A stretch of 61,870 nt of DNA, counting the filler, from Candidatus Tectimicrobiota bacterium (GTDB taxonomy: Bacteria > JACPSX01), in assembly GCA_016193065.1 (NCBI GenBank). It is 8 parts of 8 records of this genome, joined end to end, with 100 filler letters (N's around TTAATTAATTAA, not from the genome) between each part and the next. Parts side by side here need not be neighbours in the genome. Positions count along the whole stretch, not along the records: positions 40,089 to 50,066 come from JACPSX010000113.1; positions 50,167 to 56,070 come from JACPSX010000169.1; 6 more parts are not named here. One strand, written 5' to 3'. The translations under genes and the position numbers were made by a program. This document shows positions 41,573-53,174 of this stretch, one piece after another. Below the pieces are notes generated by a model, which saw nothing but the letters and a program-made list of their open reading frames with translations, did no database searches and was not told the origin of the DNA. How positions within the stretch are numbered: position 1 is the stretch's first letter; every line of letters begins with the position of its first letter.

Positions 41573-41962
41573 ATGGATCTACCTGAAGATCTGAAATACA
41601 CGCGGGAACATGAATGGGCCCGCCGGGAAGGGAACCGGATCACCGTCGGAATTACCGATTATGCGCAAAAGGAACTGGGGGACGTGGTTTATGTGGATCT
41701 CCCTCCTCTGGGTCGCACGGTTTCCCAAGGGGAAAGTTTTGGAGTCGTGGAGTCCGTGAAAACCGTCTCCGATTTGTATGCGCCCGTGGGAGGAAAGGTC
41801 GTGGCCGGCAACGAGGAACTGGTCCAGAAGCCCGAGCTCGTCAACTCTTCCCCCTACGGGGAGGGCTGGATGATCGTCATTGAGCTGAGCCAGGCCGAGG
41901 AACTGGACAATTTGCTGGACGCCCGTGCCTACCGCGCTCTCGTAGAAGGCCAGGGGAGCTAA
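41573..41962 (+). CDS. gcvH: Glycine cleavage H protein
   Basis: HEW, GITDYAQ, VESVKTVSD lipoyl-Lys, PYGEGW. Confidence 0.97.
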   Translation: MDLPEDLKYTREHEWARREGNRITVGITDYAQKELGDVVYVDLPPLGRTVSQGESFGVVESVKTVSDLYAPVGGKVVAGNEELVQKPELVNSSPYGEGWMIVIELSQAEELDNLLDARAYRALVEGQGS

Positions 41963-41967
41963 CCCTC

Positions 41968-43305
41968 ATGCGCTATATCCCCAACACGGCGGAAGACTGC
42001 CGCCAGATGCTCGAGCGCATCGGGGTCGAAACGATCGAGGACCTGTTTTCGGATATCCCGGAGGCCGTCCGCCTGCAGCGGCCGCTGAATCTCCCCCCGC
42101 CCCTTGCGGAGGGAGAGCTTCTCCGTCACCTGCAATCGCTGAGCGAGCGCAACACCCGAGCAGATTCCGGCGCCTCGTTTGTCGGTGCGGGCGCCTATCG
42201 CCATTTCATCCCCACCCTGGTGGACCAGCTCTTGCTGCGCGGAGAATTCCTCACGGCCTATACCCCTTATCAGGCCGAGGTGAGCCAGGGAGTCCTGCAG
42301 GCCGTCTACGAATTTCAAACCCTCATCTGCCAGCTTACCGGGATGGAGGCCGCCAACGCCTCCCTTTATGACGGGGCTTCCGCGACGGCGGAAGGGGCGC
42401 TGATGGCCCGCCGGATCACGAACCGGGATCGCATCCTGGTTGGACACTCGGTTCACCCGGAATGGCGGCAGGTTCTCACCACCTACCTGGGCAAGGGCAG
42501 CGTGGTTGAAATTCCCTTTGCCTCGACGGGGAAAAGCGACCTCCACTGGATCAAGGATCACGTGGGGCCGGAAACTGCCGCCGTCATCCTCCAAACTCCA
42601 AATTTTTTCGGGACACTGGAGGACCTCGGTGCAGCCGCAGAGATCGCCCACCGCTCCGGGTCCCTCTTGATTGCCACGGTCTCGGAGGGCCTTTCACTGG
42701 GCCTTCTCCAACCCCCCGGGCTTCTCGGGGCGGACATTGTGGCCGGGGAAGGACAGTCCTTGGGCCTCCCCGTCAGCTTCGGCGGACCGTACCTGGGGTT
42801 CTTCGCCACGCGCCAGGAATATGTACGCCAGATGCCCGGCCGTCTGGTCGGCGAGACCCTGGATAAGCAGGGCCGCAAAGCCTACGTATTGACCCTTGCC
42901 ACCCGGGAGCAGCACATCCGCCGGGAGAGGGCCACTTCGAACATCTGCACGAACCAGGGGCTTTGTGCTCTGGCCGCCACGATCTATCTCACCGCCCTGG
43001 GCAAAGAAGGGCTGCGCGAGCAAGCTCTCCTCAACCTGGCGAAAGCTCACTACGCAAAGGCATCTCTGAGCCGGCTGCCGGGCTGGGCAGTGGCCTTCAG
43101 CGGCCCAACGTTTAACGAATTCGTGCTCAAGGTTCCTACGGATCCCCAGGTGATCCTGCGCCGCCTCTTCGCACAGAACATTGTAGGCGGCCTTGCCCTG
43201 CAGCGGTTTTACCCGGAGCTGGACCGCCATCTTCTCCTGTGCGTTACGGAAGAGAACCCACGGACTGAGATCGACCGGCTGGTGTCCGTGCTGGAAAGGA
43301 AATGA
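41968..43305 (+). CDS. gcvPA: Glycine dehydrogenase subunit 1
   Basis: [38 protein letters not shown]. Confidence 0.96.
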   Translation: MRYIPNTAEDCRQMLERIGVETIEDLFSDIPEAVRLQRPLNLPPPLAEGELLRHLQSLSERNTRADSGASFVGAGAYRHFIPTLVDQLLLRGEFLTAYTPYQAEVSQGVLQAVYEFQTLICQLTGMEAANASLYDGASATAEGALMARRITNRDRILVGHSVHPEWRQVLTTYLGKGSVVEIPFASTGKSDLHWIKDHVGPETAAVILQTPNFFGTLEDLGAAAEIAHRSGSLLIATVSEGLSLGLLQPPGLLGADIVAGEGQSLGLPVSFGGPYLGFFATRQEYVRQMPGRLVGETLDKQGRKAYVLTLATREQHIRRERATSNICTNQGLCALAATIYLTALGKEGLREQALLNLAKAHYAKASLSRLPGWAVAFSGPTFNEFVLKVPTDPQVILRRLFAQNIVGGLALQRFYPELDRHLLLCVTEENPRTEIDRLVSVLERK

Positions 43306-44879
43306 CGATGAACCCGGAGCCCACTCCAAGGACCTGTCCTGCACCCGGAAGCCGGTCACCCGCAAGGCGGGTACCCGGTCGAAGGGGCGAGTCGAGCCCC
43401 GGGCTTCAGTTTGACGAACCCCTGATCTTCGAGAGAAGCCGCCCGGGGCGGCGAGCCGCTTCCCTTCCCTCCTGCGACGTTCCCGAGGTTTCTCCGGGCA
43501 GCGTGATCCCGTCCCACCTCCTGAGGGACGAGATCCCCGGATTCCCCGAGGTCAGCGAACCCGAAGTGGTCCGCCATTTTACCCGCCTTTCCCAATGGAA
43601 CTTCGGCATCGACGTGGGATTTTACCCCTTAGGCTCCTGCACCATGAAGTACAACCCCCGGGTCAACGAGGAAGCGGCCCGGCTTCCTGGTTTTGCCCAG
43701 GCCCACCCCTACTTGCCCGACGAGCTTTGCCAGGGGGCTTTGCAGCTCCTCTACGAGATCGAGCAGTATTTATGCGAGATCAGCGGCATGGCTCGGGTCA
43801 TCCTGCAGCCCGCCGCCGGGGCTCACGGCGAGCTCACCGGGATGATGCTGATCCGGGCCTGCCTGGAAGATCGGGGGGAGCGGCGACGCAAGGTTCTCAT
43901 CCCCGATTCCGCCCACGGCACGAACCCCGCCAGCTCCGCCCTGTGCGGCTTTGATGTGGTCCAGATCGCCTCCAACCGGCAGGGCTGCCTGGACCCGGAG
44001 GCCGTCGCCCGGGCCATGACACCCGAGGTAGCTGCTCTCATGCTCACGAACCCGAACACGCTGGGCATTTTCGAGGAAAACATCCTGGAGATCGCGGAGA
44101 TCATCCACCGGCAGGGGGGGCTTCTGTACTGCGACGGCGCCAACATGAATGCCCTGGTAGGGATTTCCCGGCCGGCGGATATGGGTTTCGATGTGATCCA
44201 GTTCAATCTGCACAAGACGTTCTCAACCCCCCACGGGGGCGGGGGCCCCGGTGCCGGCCCCGTGGGAATTGGGCAGGCGCTGACCCCATACATGCCGGTC
44301 CCCACGATTGAACGGGAGGGCGGCTTCTTCCGCCGCAACTACGATGTTCCCAAGACCATCGGCAAACTCCACGCCTTTTACGGCAACTTCGGAGTGCTCG
44401 TGCGCGCCTATGCCTACATACGAACGCTGGGTCCGGAAGGTTTGAAGAGGGCCACGGAGGTAGCTGTCCTCAACGCGAACTACCTGATGCAGGAACTGAA
44501 GGGGACCTACGATCTCCCCTACGATCGCCTCTGCAAGCACGAGTGCGTGTTCTCGGACAAGAACCAGGCACGCCACGACGTCCATGCTCTGGAGATCGCC
44601 AAGCGTCTCATCGACTACGGCTTCCACCCCCCCACGATGTACTTCCCCTTGATCGTCAAGGGAGCCCTGATGATCGAGCCCACGGAAACCGAAAGCAAGG
44701 AGACTCTGGACCGCTTCATCGAAGCGATGAAAGCCATTGCACGGGAAGCCGAGGAGTCTCCCGAACTCGTGCGCCAGGCCCCTCACACGACGAGGGTTTC
44801 AAAGCCCGATGAGACCCAGGCCGCACGCCATCCCGTCCTGCGCTGGAAGCCGGGTACCCGGAACCCGGGTGCTCCTTGA
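43302..44879 (+). CDS. gcvPB: Glycine dehydrogenase subunit 2
   Basis: [44 protein letters not shown]. Confidence 0.96.
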   Translation: MTMNPEPTPRTCPAPGSRSPARRVPGRRGESSPGLQFDEPLIFERSRPGRRAASLPSCDVPEVSPGSVIPSHLLRDEIPGFPEVSEPEVVRHFTRLSQWNFGIDVGFYPLGSCTMKYNPRVNEEAARLPGFAQAHPYLPDELCQGALQLLYEIEQYLCEISGMARVILQPAAGAHGELTGMMLIRACLEDRGERRRKVLIPDSAHGTNPASSALCGFDVVQIASNRQGCLDPEAVARAMTPEVAALMLTNPNTLGIFEENILEIAEIIHRQGGLLYCDGANMNALVGISRPADMGFDVIQFNLHKTFSTPHGGGGPGAGPVGIGQALTPYMPVPTIEREGGFFRRNYDVPKTIGKLHAFYGNFGVLVRAYAYIRTLGPEGLKRATEVAVLNANYLMQELKGTYDLPYDRLCKHECVFSDKNQARHDVHALEIAKRLIDYGFHPPTMYFPLIVKGALMIEPTETESKETLDRFIEAMKAIAREAEESPELVRQAPHTTRVSKPDETQAARHPVLRWKPGTRNPGAP

Positions 44880-45769
44880 TGAACCCGACCACCTGGCGCC
44901 TCCTGCTCACCGACCTCCAGGAGCCCGCCCTCAACATGGCCATTGATGAAGCACTTCTGATGGCCTGCGAGCGGGAGGGCTCCGCACCCGTGCTCCGCCT
45001 CTACACCTGGAATCCTCCGGCCCTGACGCTGGGCCGATTCCAGAAGGTCAGGGAAGAAATTGATCTGGAAGCCTGCCGCCGGCGAGGCATCTCCATCGTG
45101 CGCCGGCCCACGGGGGGCAAGGCAATCCTGCACGACCGCGACTTGACCTACAGTGTAATTGGACCCACTTCGATGGTCCCGTGGGGGGGCGACATCCTGG
45201 AAACCTACCGTACCTTGAGCGGGGCCCTCGTTACGGGACTCCGCTTGCTCGGCATCACGGCCGAACTCCTGCCGCTGCGAAAGCGCGCTCCGCGCCGGTC
45301 TCCCTTTCGAGGAGCATGCGCCCTTTTCCCAGCCTCCTACGAAGTCGCAGTGGGCGGGAAAAAGCTGGTGGGAAGCGCCCAAAAGCGTCTGCGCAGGAGT
45401 TTCCTCCAGCACGGATCCATCCCTCTTTTCTCCGACGTGGAGGCAAACCGGGAGATTTTTCGCAGCCCGCAGGAGAACGGTGCCCAAGGGCAGGATCTGT
45501 GGCGGGAAAAGGCCACGACAATTTCCGAACAGGTTCCTATCCCCCCATCCTACGCGCAGATTGCGGAAGCCATTGTCAGGGGATTTCGGGAATTCTTGGG
45601 AGTTGATCTCCCGCCAGCGGAACTCTCTTCCGAGGAACTCTCTCAAGCTCAGGAGCTGGTGCGTCTCAAATACGCCCGGCCGGAATGGAACCTGCAGGGC
45701 CTGGAAAGCATTCAGCGGTCAGCACTAAGCCATCAGCTTAATACCGGGAGGATAGAGAGAAAATCTTGA
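44876..45769 (+). CDS. Lipoate-protein ligase / octanoyltransferase (LplA/LipM-like)
   Basis: [33 protein letters not shown]. Confidence 0.9.
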   Translation: MMNPTTWRLLLTDLQEPALNMAIDEALLMACEREGSAPVLRLYTWNPPALTLGRFQKVREEIDLEACRRRGISIVRRPTGGKAILHDRDLTYSVIGPTSMVPWGGDILETYRTLSGALVTGLRLLGITAELLPLRKRAPRRSPFRGACALFPASYEVAVGGKKLVGSAQKRLRRSFLQHGSIPLFSDVEANREIFRSPQENGAQGQDLWREKATTISEQVPIPPSYAQIAEAIVRGFREFLGVDLPPAELSSEELSQAQELVRLKYARPEWNLQGLESIQRSALSHQLNTGRIERKS

Positions 45770-45810
45770 ATTCTCCAAGCTGACAGCTGATCGCTGAACG
45801 CTGAAAGCTT
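45706..45810. repeat. Inverted pair of heptamer tandem arrays (AGCNNTC)n / (GANNGCT)n
   Basis: 45706-45739 AAGCATTCAGCGGTCAGCACTAAGCCATCAGCTT vs reverse complement of 45777-45810 AAGCTTTCAGCGTTCAGCGATCAGCTGTCAGCTT. Confidence 0.7.
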
Positions 45811-45918
45811 GTTTTAAAAAGAGATTGCGGTTTCCCCACCTGTGTGGTACATTTTTTGTAAGTCCTTATATATACTTGATTTAACCTGATCCCTTAGAAT
45901 CGGCAGGAAAGGTCACCC

Positions 45919-47229
45919 ATGAAGCGACACAGGCGGATATTCTCAGCGGGACTTCCCCTTTGTCTGCTCCTGTTCCTGCTTCCGGTTGCGGGTCATGGCT
46001 CCCCGGCCCGGGAGATTGGCGTCCTCAAGTTCGACGGGGTCATCAACCCGGTCGCCGCGGAATTTATGATCAACGGAATCCAGAACGCGGTCCGCTCCGA
46101 CTCCGAGGCCCTGATCATCCAGATGGACACGCCGGGCGGTCTGGATACCTCTATGCGCGCCATCATCAAGGAGATCCTCAACTCGCCCGTCCCGATCGTG
46201 GTCTTTGTGGCTCCCAGCGGTTCTCGGGCCGCTTCGGCCGGCGCCTTCATCACCATCGCCGCCCACGTGGCCGCCATGGCCCGGGGTTCCAACATCGGCG
46301 CCGCCCACCCGGTGGCTATGGGGGGGCAGAAGATGGACGAGACTATGAGCAAGAAGGTGGAAAACGACGCCGCAGCCTACATGCGCTCCCTGGCCGAGAA
46401 GAGGGGACGCAACGTGAAGTGGGCCGAGGAAGCCGTGCGCAAGAGCGTCTCCATCTCGGAGACCGAAGCCCTGAAGCTCAAGGTGATCGACGTCGTCGCC
46501 GAGGACATGGACGATCTCCTGGCCCGGCTTGACGGCTGGAAGACTACAACCGCCAGCGGAGAGAAAGTGATCCATACCAAGGGCCTGAAGGTCGCGGAAG
46601 TGAGAATGTCGGTTCGCCAGAAAATCCTTGCCCTGCTCTCCGACCCGAACATCGCCTACATGTTGCTGCTGCTCGGGATGTACGGAATCTTTTTCGAACT
46701 GACCAGCCCGGGGGCCATCTTTCCGGGGGTCATCGGCGGGATCTCCATCATCTTGGCGCTCTATGCCCTGCAGGCGTTGCCGGTCAATTACGCGGGCCTC
46801 CTCTTGATCCTTCTGGCCCTGGGGCTTTTCATTGCGGAGATCAAGGTCACGAGCCACGGCCTGCTGACCATGGGGGGGATCGTCTCCATGGTCTTCGGCT
46901 CCCTCATGCTGATCAACAGCGATGCTCCGTTCCTGCGGATCTCTCTCAGCATCATCATCCCTGCCGCCCTTTTGACAGCCGCCTTTTTTACCTTCCTTCT
47001 CACCCTGGCCCTGAAGGCTCAGCGCCGGGTCGCCGTCAGCGGAGCTGAGGGGCTGATCAACCTGATCGGCACCGCGCAAGGGCCCATCCAGCCCACAGGA
47101 AAGGTGTTCGTGCACGGGGAACTCTGGGACGCGCGCTCCAGCGAACCCATCCAACCCGGCCAGAAGGTGAGGGTCGTTAAAATGGAAGGCCTCAGACTAA
47201 CGGTCGAAAAGGTGAAGGAGGACTCCTGA
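45919..47229 (+). CDS. nfeD: NfeD family membrane-bound serine protease (long form)
   Basis: [23 protein letters not shown] region, GELWDA OB-fold. Confidence 0.93.
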   Translation: MKRHRRIFSAGLPLCLLLFLLPVAGHGSPAREIGVLKFDGVINPVAAEFMINGIQNAVRSDSEALIIQMDTPGGLDTSMRAIIKEILNSPVPIVVFVAPSGSRAASAGAFITIAAHVAAMARGSNIGAAHPVAMGGQKMDETMSKKVENDAAAYMRSLAEKRGRNVKWAEEAVRKSVSISETEALKLKVIDVVAEDMDDLLARLDGWKTTTASGEKVIHTKGLKVAEVRMSVRQKILALLSDPNIAYMLLLLGMYGIFFELTSPGAIFPGVIGGISIILALYALQALPVNYAGLLLILLALGLFIAEIKVTSHGLLTMGGIVSMVFGSLMLINSDAPFLRISLSIIIPAALLTAAFFTFLLTLALKAQRRVAVSGAEGLINLIGTAQGPIQPTGKVFVHGELWDARSSEPIQPGQKVRVVKMEGLRLTVEKVKEDS

Positions 47230-48005
47230 TGTTTGAACTACTCTTTAGCGGTCCCGTCCTGATCATCATCCTGGCCATGCTGGTCATGAGCGCCATCAAG
47301 GTTCTGAGGGAGTACGAGCGCGGCGTCATCTTTCGCCTGGGCCGCTTCCTGAAATCCAAGGGGCCGGGCCTGATCATCGTGTGGCCCGTCATCGACCGCA
47401 TGGTGAAGATCAGCTTGAGGCTGATCGCCCTGGATGTGCCCCCTCAGGACGTCATCACCCGGGATAACGTGTCGGTGAAGGTAAGCGCGGTTATCTATTT
47501 CCGGGTTGTGATTCCAGACAAGGCGGTCATCCAAGTGGAGGATTACCTCTACGCCACCTCCCAACTGGCTCAGACCACCTTGCGAAGCGTCCTCGGGCAG
47601 GCGGAGCTGGATGACCTTCTTGCAGAACGAGAAAAGATCAACGCCCACCTCCAGGAGATCCTAGATAAGCATACGGACCCCTGGGGGATCAAAATTTCCA
47701 ATGTGGAAGTCAAGCACGTGGACCTGCCGCAGGAAATGCAGCGCGCCATCGCCAAGCAGGCGGAAGCTGAAAGGGAGAGGCGGGCCAAGGTGATTCACGC
47801 GGAAGGGGAATTCCAGGCCTCCCAGAAGCTGGCTGAGGCTGCGGAAATCATCGGGAGGCAACCAGCCGCCATCCAATTGCGCTTTCTGCAAACCCTAACG
47901 GAAGTGGCCACGGAGAATAACTCGACCGTCATCTTCCCGATTCCCATCGATCTCTTCGACCCCCTCATTGGGGCCATGCGTCGGGTTAGAGATCAGCAAC
48001 CCTGA
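47229..48005 (+). CDS. SPFH/stomatin-like (slipin) protein
   Basis: [43 protein letters not shown]. Confidence 0.95.
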   Translation: MFELLFSGPVLIIILAMLVMSAIKVLREYERGVIFRLGRFLKSKGPGLIIVWPVIDRMVKISLRLIALDVPPQDVITRDNVSVKVSAVIYFRVVIPDKAVIQVEDYLYATSQLAQTTLRSVLGQAELDDLLAEREKINAHLQEILDKHTDPWGIKISNVEVKHVDLPQEMQRAIAKQAEAERERRAKVIHAEGEFQASQKLAEAAEIIGRQPAAIQLRFLQTLTEVATENNSTVIFPIPIDLFDPLIGAMRRVRDQQP

Positions 48006-48206
48006 CCGGAACCGGTTGGACATTCCATGGCCCCCCTCAGGGGGCCGCGTTCCCTCACTTTACCCTGCCGTCCTCCCCGGCCCGGGCTTCCGGGTAGTTC
48101 ATTCTTTCTTCTAAAGTCCTATAAATAAATACCGATCTGAATCCATGGGCTAAGCCCGCGAGAAGCTCGGGCCTGGATTTAAGCTCACATTGAAGACGGG
48201 TCAACC

Positions 48207-49241
48207 ATGAAGCGATTGTTGCCCTTACTCCCATCCAGTTCCGGAGAAAGCCCGGCACTTTCTCCAGAGGACAAGTATGTACCCATCCGGTTGGACAGCG
48301 TTCAAAACAATACGGAGCTCGATTTCGACCTTTACCTGGAAAATTCCAAAAACGGGCGCAAGCGCCTCTACCGGAGCCGGGACCTGGTCTTCCAGGACAA
48401 ACACAGGGAACGTCTTCTGGAAAACAACGTCAGCGTCCTGTTCATTTCCCGGGATGACGTCGACAAGTACTACGCTTACGTGGAATCCCATCTCGGAACA
48501 CTGGTGTCGAACCCGGACGTTGTGCCGAAAGAGAAAGCCTCGATCCTTTACGAAACTTCCATTCACAGGATCCATCAAATCCTGGAAGATCCGGAACGTC
48601 CCGAAAACATCGACCGCTCACTTGTACTGGTGGATCACACCATCTACTTCCTCATCAACGAGGAGCGAGCCCTCGAGTCTCTTCTCGAAACCATGTCTTT
48701 CGATTATTCCACCTACACTCATTCCATGAACGTTTGCGCGTTGTCCGTTCTCCTGGCTCAGAGGCACGGAATCGACGACCAGGAAACCTTAAAAGTCCTC
48801 GGGATCGGCGGTCTCCTCCACGACGTCGGCAAGAGCAAGATCAACCCCGACGTATTATTCAAGAAGGGTCCCCTCAACAATGACGAGTGGAAGTTAATCA
48901 AGGAACACCCGGCGATCGGCTATGATTTGCTGAAAGCCCACGAGCTGATCCCCAAGCGCTCCTTGTCCCCGGTCCGCCATCACCACGAGCGGTCCGACGG
49001 GTCGGGCTATCCGGACGGCCTCCCGGAAGAGTCGATCGACATTCTGGCGAGCATTGTCCGGGTCTCGGACATCTTTGACGCTATTACCACCAACCGCTGT
49101 TACAAGAAGGCGGCCCCAGCCTTTGAGGCTCTCAACATCATGAAGGACGAAATGAAGAGCAAACGGGATAAGGAGATCTTCCAGGATTTCATCATGCTCC
49201 TGGGTCCCAAGCGGAGCAAAGAGATGCTCCTCTCCCATTGA
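48207..49241 (+). CDS. HD-GYP domain phosphodiesterase
   Basis: YTHSMNV, LLHDVGK, HHERSDGSGYPDG. Confidence 0.9.
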   Translation: MKRLLPLLPSSSGESPALSPEDKYVPIRLDSVQNNTELDFDLYLENSKNGRKRLYRSRDLVFQDKHRERLLENNVSVLFISRDDVDKYYAYVESHLGTLVSNPDVVPKEKASILYETSIHRIHQILEDPERPENIDRSLVLVDHTIYFLINEERALESLLETMSFDYSTYTHSMNVCALSVLLAQRHGIDDQETLKVLGIGGLLHDVGKSKINPDVLFKKGPLNNDEWKLIKEHPAIGYDLLKAHELIPKRSLSPVRHHHERSDGSGYPDGLPEESIDILASIVRVSDIFDAITTNRCYKKAAPAFEALNIMKDEMKSKRDKEIFQDFIMLLGPKRSKEMLLSH

Positions 49242-49251
49242 GGGAAAGGCA

Positions 49252-50066
49252 ATGCTGAAGCCGACCGAGTTAGAACTACGCATCGGAAAGCTGGACGGGA
49301 TCCCGGCCCTGCCGGCCAACGTGGAGAAGCTGATCACCTTGGCCCTGGACGAGGAAGCCTCCACCGCCAAAATCGCCGAGTTGATCTCCCGAGATCCGGC
49401 CCTGTCGGCCAAGCTTCTCAAAACCGTGAACTCTCCCTACTACGGTTTCCCGCAGCGCATCAGTACCGTAACCCAGGCAGCGGTGATCCTGGGGCTCTTC
49501 GCCGTGCGGAACATTGCCTTGAGTATCTCCGTCCTCGACCGCTTCCAGACCCGCAAGAAGCTCAAAAGCTACCTGCCGAAGTTTATGGAACATTCTATGA
49601 CCTGCGGAGTTGCAGCCCGCCTTCTGTCCCAGGAAATGAATTATCCGTTTCCCGAGGAGGCCTTCATGGCCGGGCTTCTCCACGACATCGGAATCCTCGC
49701 CCTCTTCGAATGCGCTCCCGATCGCTACACGAAGGTGCTGCACGCCGTGGCGGAACAGCAGATTCCCTTGACGGAAGCCGAACTGTCCGTGCTGGGGATG
49801 CATCATGCCCGGGCGGGAGAGCGCCTGTCGCGGGGTTGGGGGCTCCCCAATCCTCTGGAGGTGGCGATCCGCAACCACCATAACCCCGATCTGCAGTGGA
49901 AGCAAGGAGACCCGGAGTCGACGTTCAACGCCTTGACCCGGCTAGCTGATCTGGCGGCCTATGCCCTCTCCGACAGCAAAGACGGAAGAGCAGTCCATGA
50001 CTTTTGCGGCGAGACCCCCCGCCTTCTCGGTCAAAACAAGGAAGAAGCCATCAAGCTCCTGGAGAC
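49252..50066 (+). CDS. HDOD domain protein, truncated
   Basis: IPALP, DPALSAKLLKTVNSPYYG, AGLLHDIG, AIRNHH. Confidence 0.9.
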
Positions 50067-50429
50067 NNNNNNNNNNNNNNNNNNNNNNNNNNNNNNNNNN
50101 NNNNNNNNNNTTAATTAATTAANNNNNNNNNNNNNNNNNNNNNNNNNNNNNNNNNNNNNNNNNNNNCATTCTTTTCAAAGCGGCCTACATCCCTTGCTGT
50201 ATCGAGTATACCCTCCGCCCCTCTAGCCACGCCTCCGCGATCCACCGTATGGACAATTCCCGCGTCACTGTCGGCTGGGCCCCAATCGCGGCCAAGCCCC
50301 TTTTCAACTTTCCCTTCGGAAACCTCACGCTTCTCAGCAATGTTGCGCACGGCCTCGAGGTGTGACTCCTCCTGTCCTTGGCAACGTCGGTTCAAAACCA
50401 TTGAGGTGGAACATCAGTTAAGGAATCTG

Positions 50430-50762
50430 CTATCCATTTCCTTTGCCACTCCGCCGCCGCCTGGCTTTTCTTTGAACCTCCTGCCTGCGAGGCCACGGTG
50501 CCTTACCGTCAAAGATGGGTCCGATCCGCTGCATCACAACTGGTAAGATCTCGCGGATCTGGGGCACCGTAAGGGCATGTGCATACTTTCCTCTGTAGAC
50601 ACAGAAGAACAGTACCTCTCGGGTCTTACGGACCCAAACGCGATCAGAGTATAGGCGACCCTCACGGACGGTCTCAATAAGCACGGGGCGGTCAAAGATC
50701 ACTATGAGGCCAGGGCCCCCACCGGGATGGGGTTGCACGTCTTTGACGCGTAAGTCTTCCAC
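50430..50762 (-). CDS. Hypothetical protein
   Basis: 110-aa ORF co-oriented with the island genes; no motif recognised. Confidence 0.4.
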   Translation of the reverse strand: MEDLRVKDVQPHPGGGPGLIVIFDRPVLIETVREGRLYSDRVWVRKTREVLFFCVYRGKYAHALTVPQIREILPVVMQRIGPIFDGKAPWPRRQEVQRKARRRRSGKGNG

Positions 50763-52100
50763 TGTAACGCCTTTGTATCGTTATCCTCTGTGTCCCACGA
50801 CCTGCGTCACCGGGTGGAGGAGCCAGGTCTTGAAGACGTCAATTGAGTCAGGCATCTCACTTTCCACGGGGGCGCCTCTCCTTCTGCGGGGCGACCCCGT
50901 TCAAGACTGGGAGGTAGTCCAGAACACCCACCGTGATGCCCAGGTATCGCGGAAGGCCACCAAGCTCCACGGTAGTGCCGAACAGCAATGTATCCAACTC
51001 AGGCAACAGGTACCCCCTGTTCCGATACTCGGCAGGGTCCATCAGCGCATACTCTCCCAATCTGTCGAGCGCGACCAAGTAGGTAATGCAGATTCACTCG
51101 CGCCCCAACCGGGACCATGGTCACGAGCATCAATCGCCACCCCTGGTGCATAAGGCCAGCGAGGGTAATCGCATCATGCCTGCCCCGTGTGATAATGACG
51201 CCATTTGCCTCGGCCTCAACCAGAGCGGATTCGTGCTCAGTGAACTACCCCGGAGCAAGCTGCGGGGCATCAAGTGCCAGAACAGGAAGAGCCCTGCGCG
51301 GCGAGCCGCGGGGAATGAACCCCCTTCGATTCAAGTGGCTCACGGCCTCAAAGGCCACCAGTTCTGCACGGACGGACCTCCGGATCCTCTGCAAGCGTTC
51401 GTCATCCTGCCAGATTCCAGATACTATCCCGTAATCTCGTCGTGCAGTGATGGCCAACCTCCCAGGGACTGACCATATTTCGTCATTCCCCTGACCCGAC
51501 GCCAGACTCGTTCCTCTGCTTCATCGGTGTTTGGCTCAGCATGAAGTTCGGCCAGAGGAACCGTCACCGCCGCTGCTCCACAAGAATCCTGGTATTGCTG
51601 CCGACGCGCTAACAGGTCATCATCCATCGCCGCCGCTCTCCGGAAACAACAAGGCCCTGGGCGTACGGCAGGAAGCCACACCCATGGCCGCAAACCGGAA
51701 GGTCAGAGCCTCCCGGAACCTATTCATTTACTGCCGCCGTGCTTGAGTTGTCTCAGTGAAGCAAGCCTTTCCGCATCCTGTCAATATGAAACTGCCATTC
51801 TCCGCTTGGTTGCTCCGTGACCTCCGATGCAACTCCGCCGTCCGGTTGCGTGGATCTGGCGTCAGGGGATGGTTTGGTGAAGAGGGATGTGTGCGACGGG
51901 ACCCAAGCCGGCCTTTATTCCAGCCACCCTTTTTTCGGGGACCCCCTGGATCCCGCATCCACTTTAGGAATCTGAAGGCATTCGTCGCTGTCAGGCACGG
52001 CCGATCCACCTGCTGGGCTACTGGAAGTCTTCCATCCCATCCGCCTGGCCCAGTTCGATTTTCGCGACGTGCTTGTCAGCATTGCAGCCCCCGTGGATGA

Positions 52101-53159
52101 TCATCGAGGAGTACCTTCGTGCACTACAGAGCCAACAGTGGTCTTCCGAATGAAGAGCGTGGATTCATCGTGTTGAAGCACCACCTCGAACATCTCGTCA
52201 TCACGCTCATTGACCCACCCCGCTACCTCCCACCCATTCATCCGCTGGAGACGCATAAGGGGCAGCACGCGGAGGCGGTCCCGCTGCTCTGGAGCAGGTT
52301 GACGGTAATGGCGCAGCTCAACCACATCGGTGTGGGCGACGGTTACTGTCCCCTCAGCGGTGCGGATCAGGTACGCTCCCCGATCAACTTGCTCCAACGT
52401 GCCTGAGTAACTCAAACCGCTGGATGTCAGTATTACCACGCGCCCCCCAGGTGGCAAGTCAATTGGCTTGGGCTGCGGCTGGACCCTGACGACTGCTGGA
52501 AGAGGGTCCGCCCTAGGCTGCAACTTGGCGATTTCGGCGATCCTATCCTCGATGTTCGGATGGGTTGCGAACAAGCCTCCGCCTGTTCGCCCATACCGAT
52601 TTCGGAGGAGCGTCAGTACCTGGAGCATCGTGCGCTCCGGTTCCGCGTAACCCGTCTTGCGGAGGATTTCCACTGCTTTCTGATCTGCCTCAAGCTCCTG
52701 CGACCGTGAAAAGGCACGGACGACGAGCGGGTTTACAAGCTCGTCGGCGTGCCTAAGGCCTGGGAGCTTAGTGTCCAGGACCGCGAACACCGTGCTGATC
52801 ACCACAGACGTGACAATGGACTTGCCCACATGGCCTAGAGCCTCATGGGCGACCTCGTGCGCGACAACCCCATCGATAGTTTCCTGATCTTGAGTCGCTA
52901 GCCCATCTGTGAAATAGAATACACCCCCTCCCGCATTCGCCGCGTTGATCTCATGAGACCGGATCATGCCCATCTTAAAGGCTCGAGGGTTCTCCCCAGC
53001 AGCCATCCCTGCCCGGTAGAGGGATTGGGCCAGCCGTTGATGCTGCGGAGATGAGGCGTCAGCCCGGTAGGCACCTTTGGGGACGGCTGTCCCGCAGGCA
53101 GCGAGGGCGACCGCGAAGGAGGCGAGGAGAGCGGCTCCGAACCTTTTTCCAATGTCCAT
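52101..53159 (-). CDS. M48-family zinc metalloprotease lipoprotein
   Basis: Lipobox LAAC, INAA, AHEVAH, FSRSQELEAD, FATHP...R. Confidence 0.88.
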   Translation of the reverse strand: MDIGKRFGAALLASFAVALAACGTAVPKGAYRADASSPQHQRLAQSLYRAGMAAGENPRAFKMGMIRSHEINAANAGGGVFYFTDGLATQDQETIDGVVAHEVAHEALGHVGKSIVTSVVISTVFAVLDTKLPGLRHADELVNPLVVRAFSRSQELEADQKAVEILRKTGYAEPERTMLQVLTLLRNRYGRTGGGLFATHPNIEDRIAEIAKLQPRADPLPAVVRVQPQPKPIDLPPGGRVVILTSSGLSYSGTLEQVDRGAYLIRTAEGTVTVAHTDVVELRHYRQPAPEQRDRLRVLPLMRLQRMNGWEVAGWVNERDDEMFEVVLQHDESTLFIRKTTVGSVVHEGTPR

Positions 53160-53174
53160 TTGAGCTCGCTCTTC

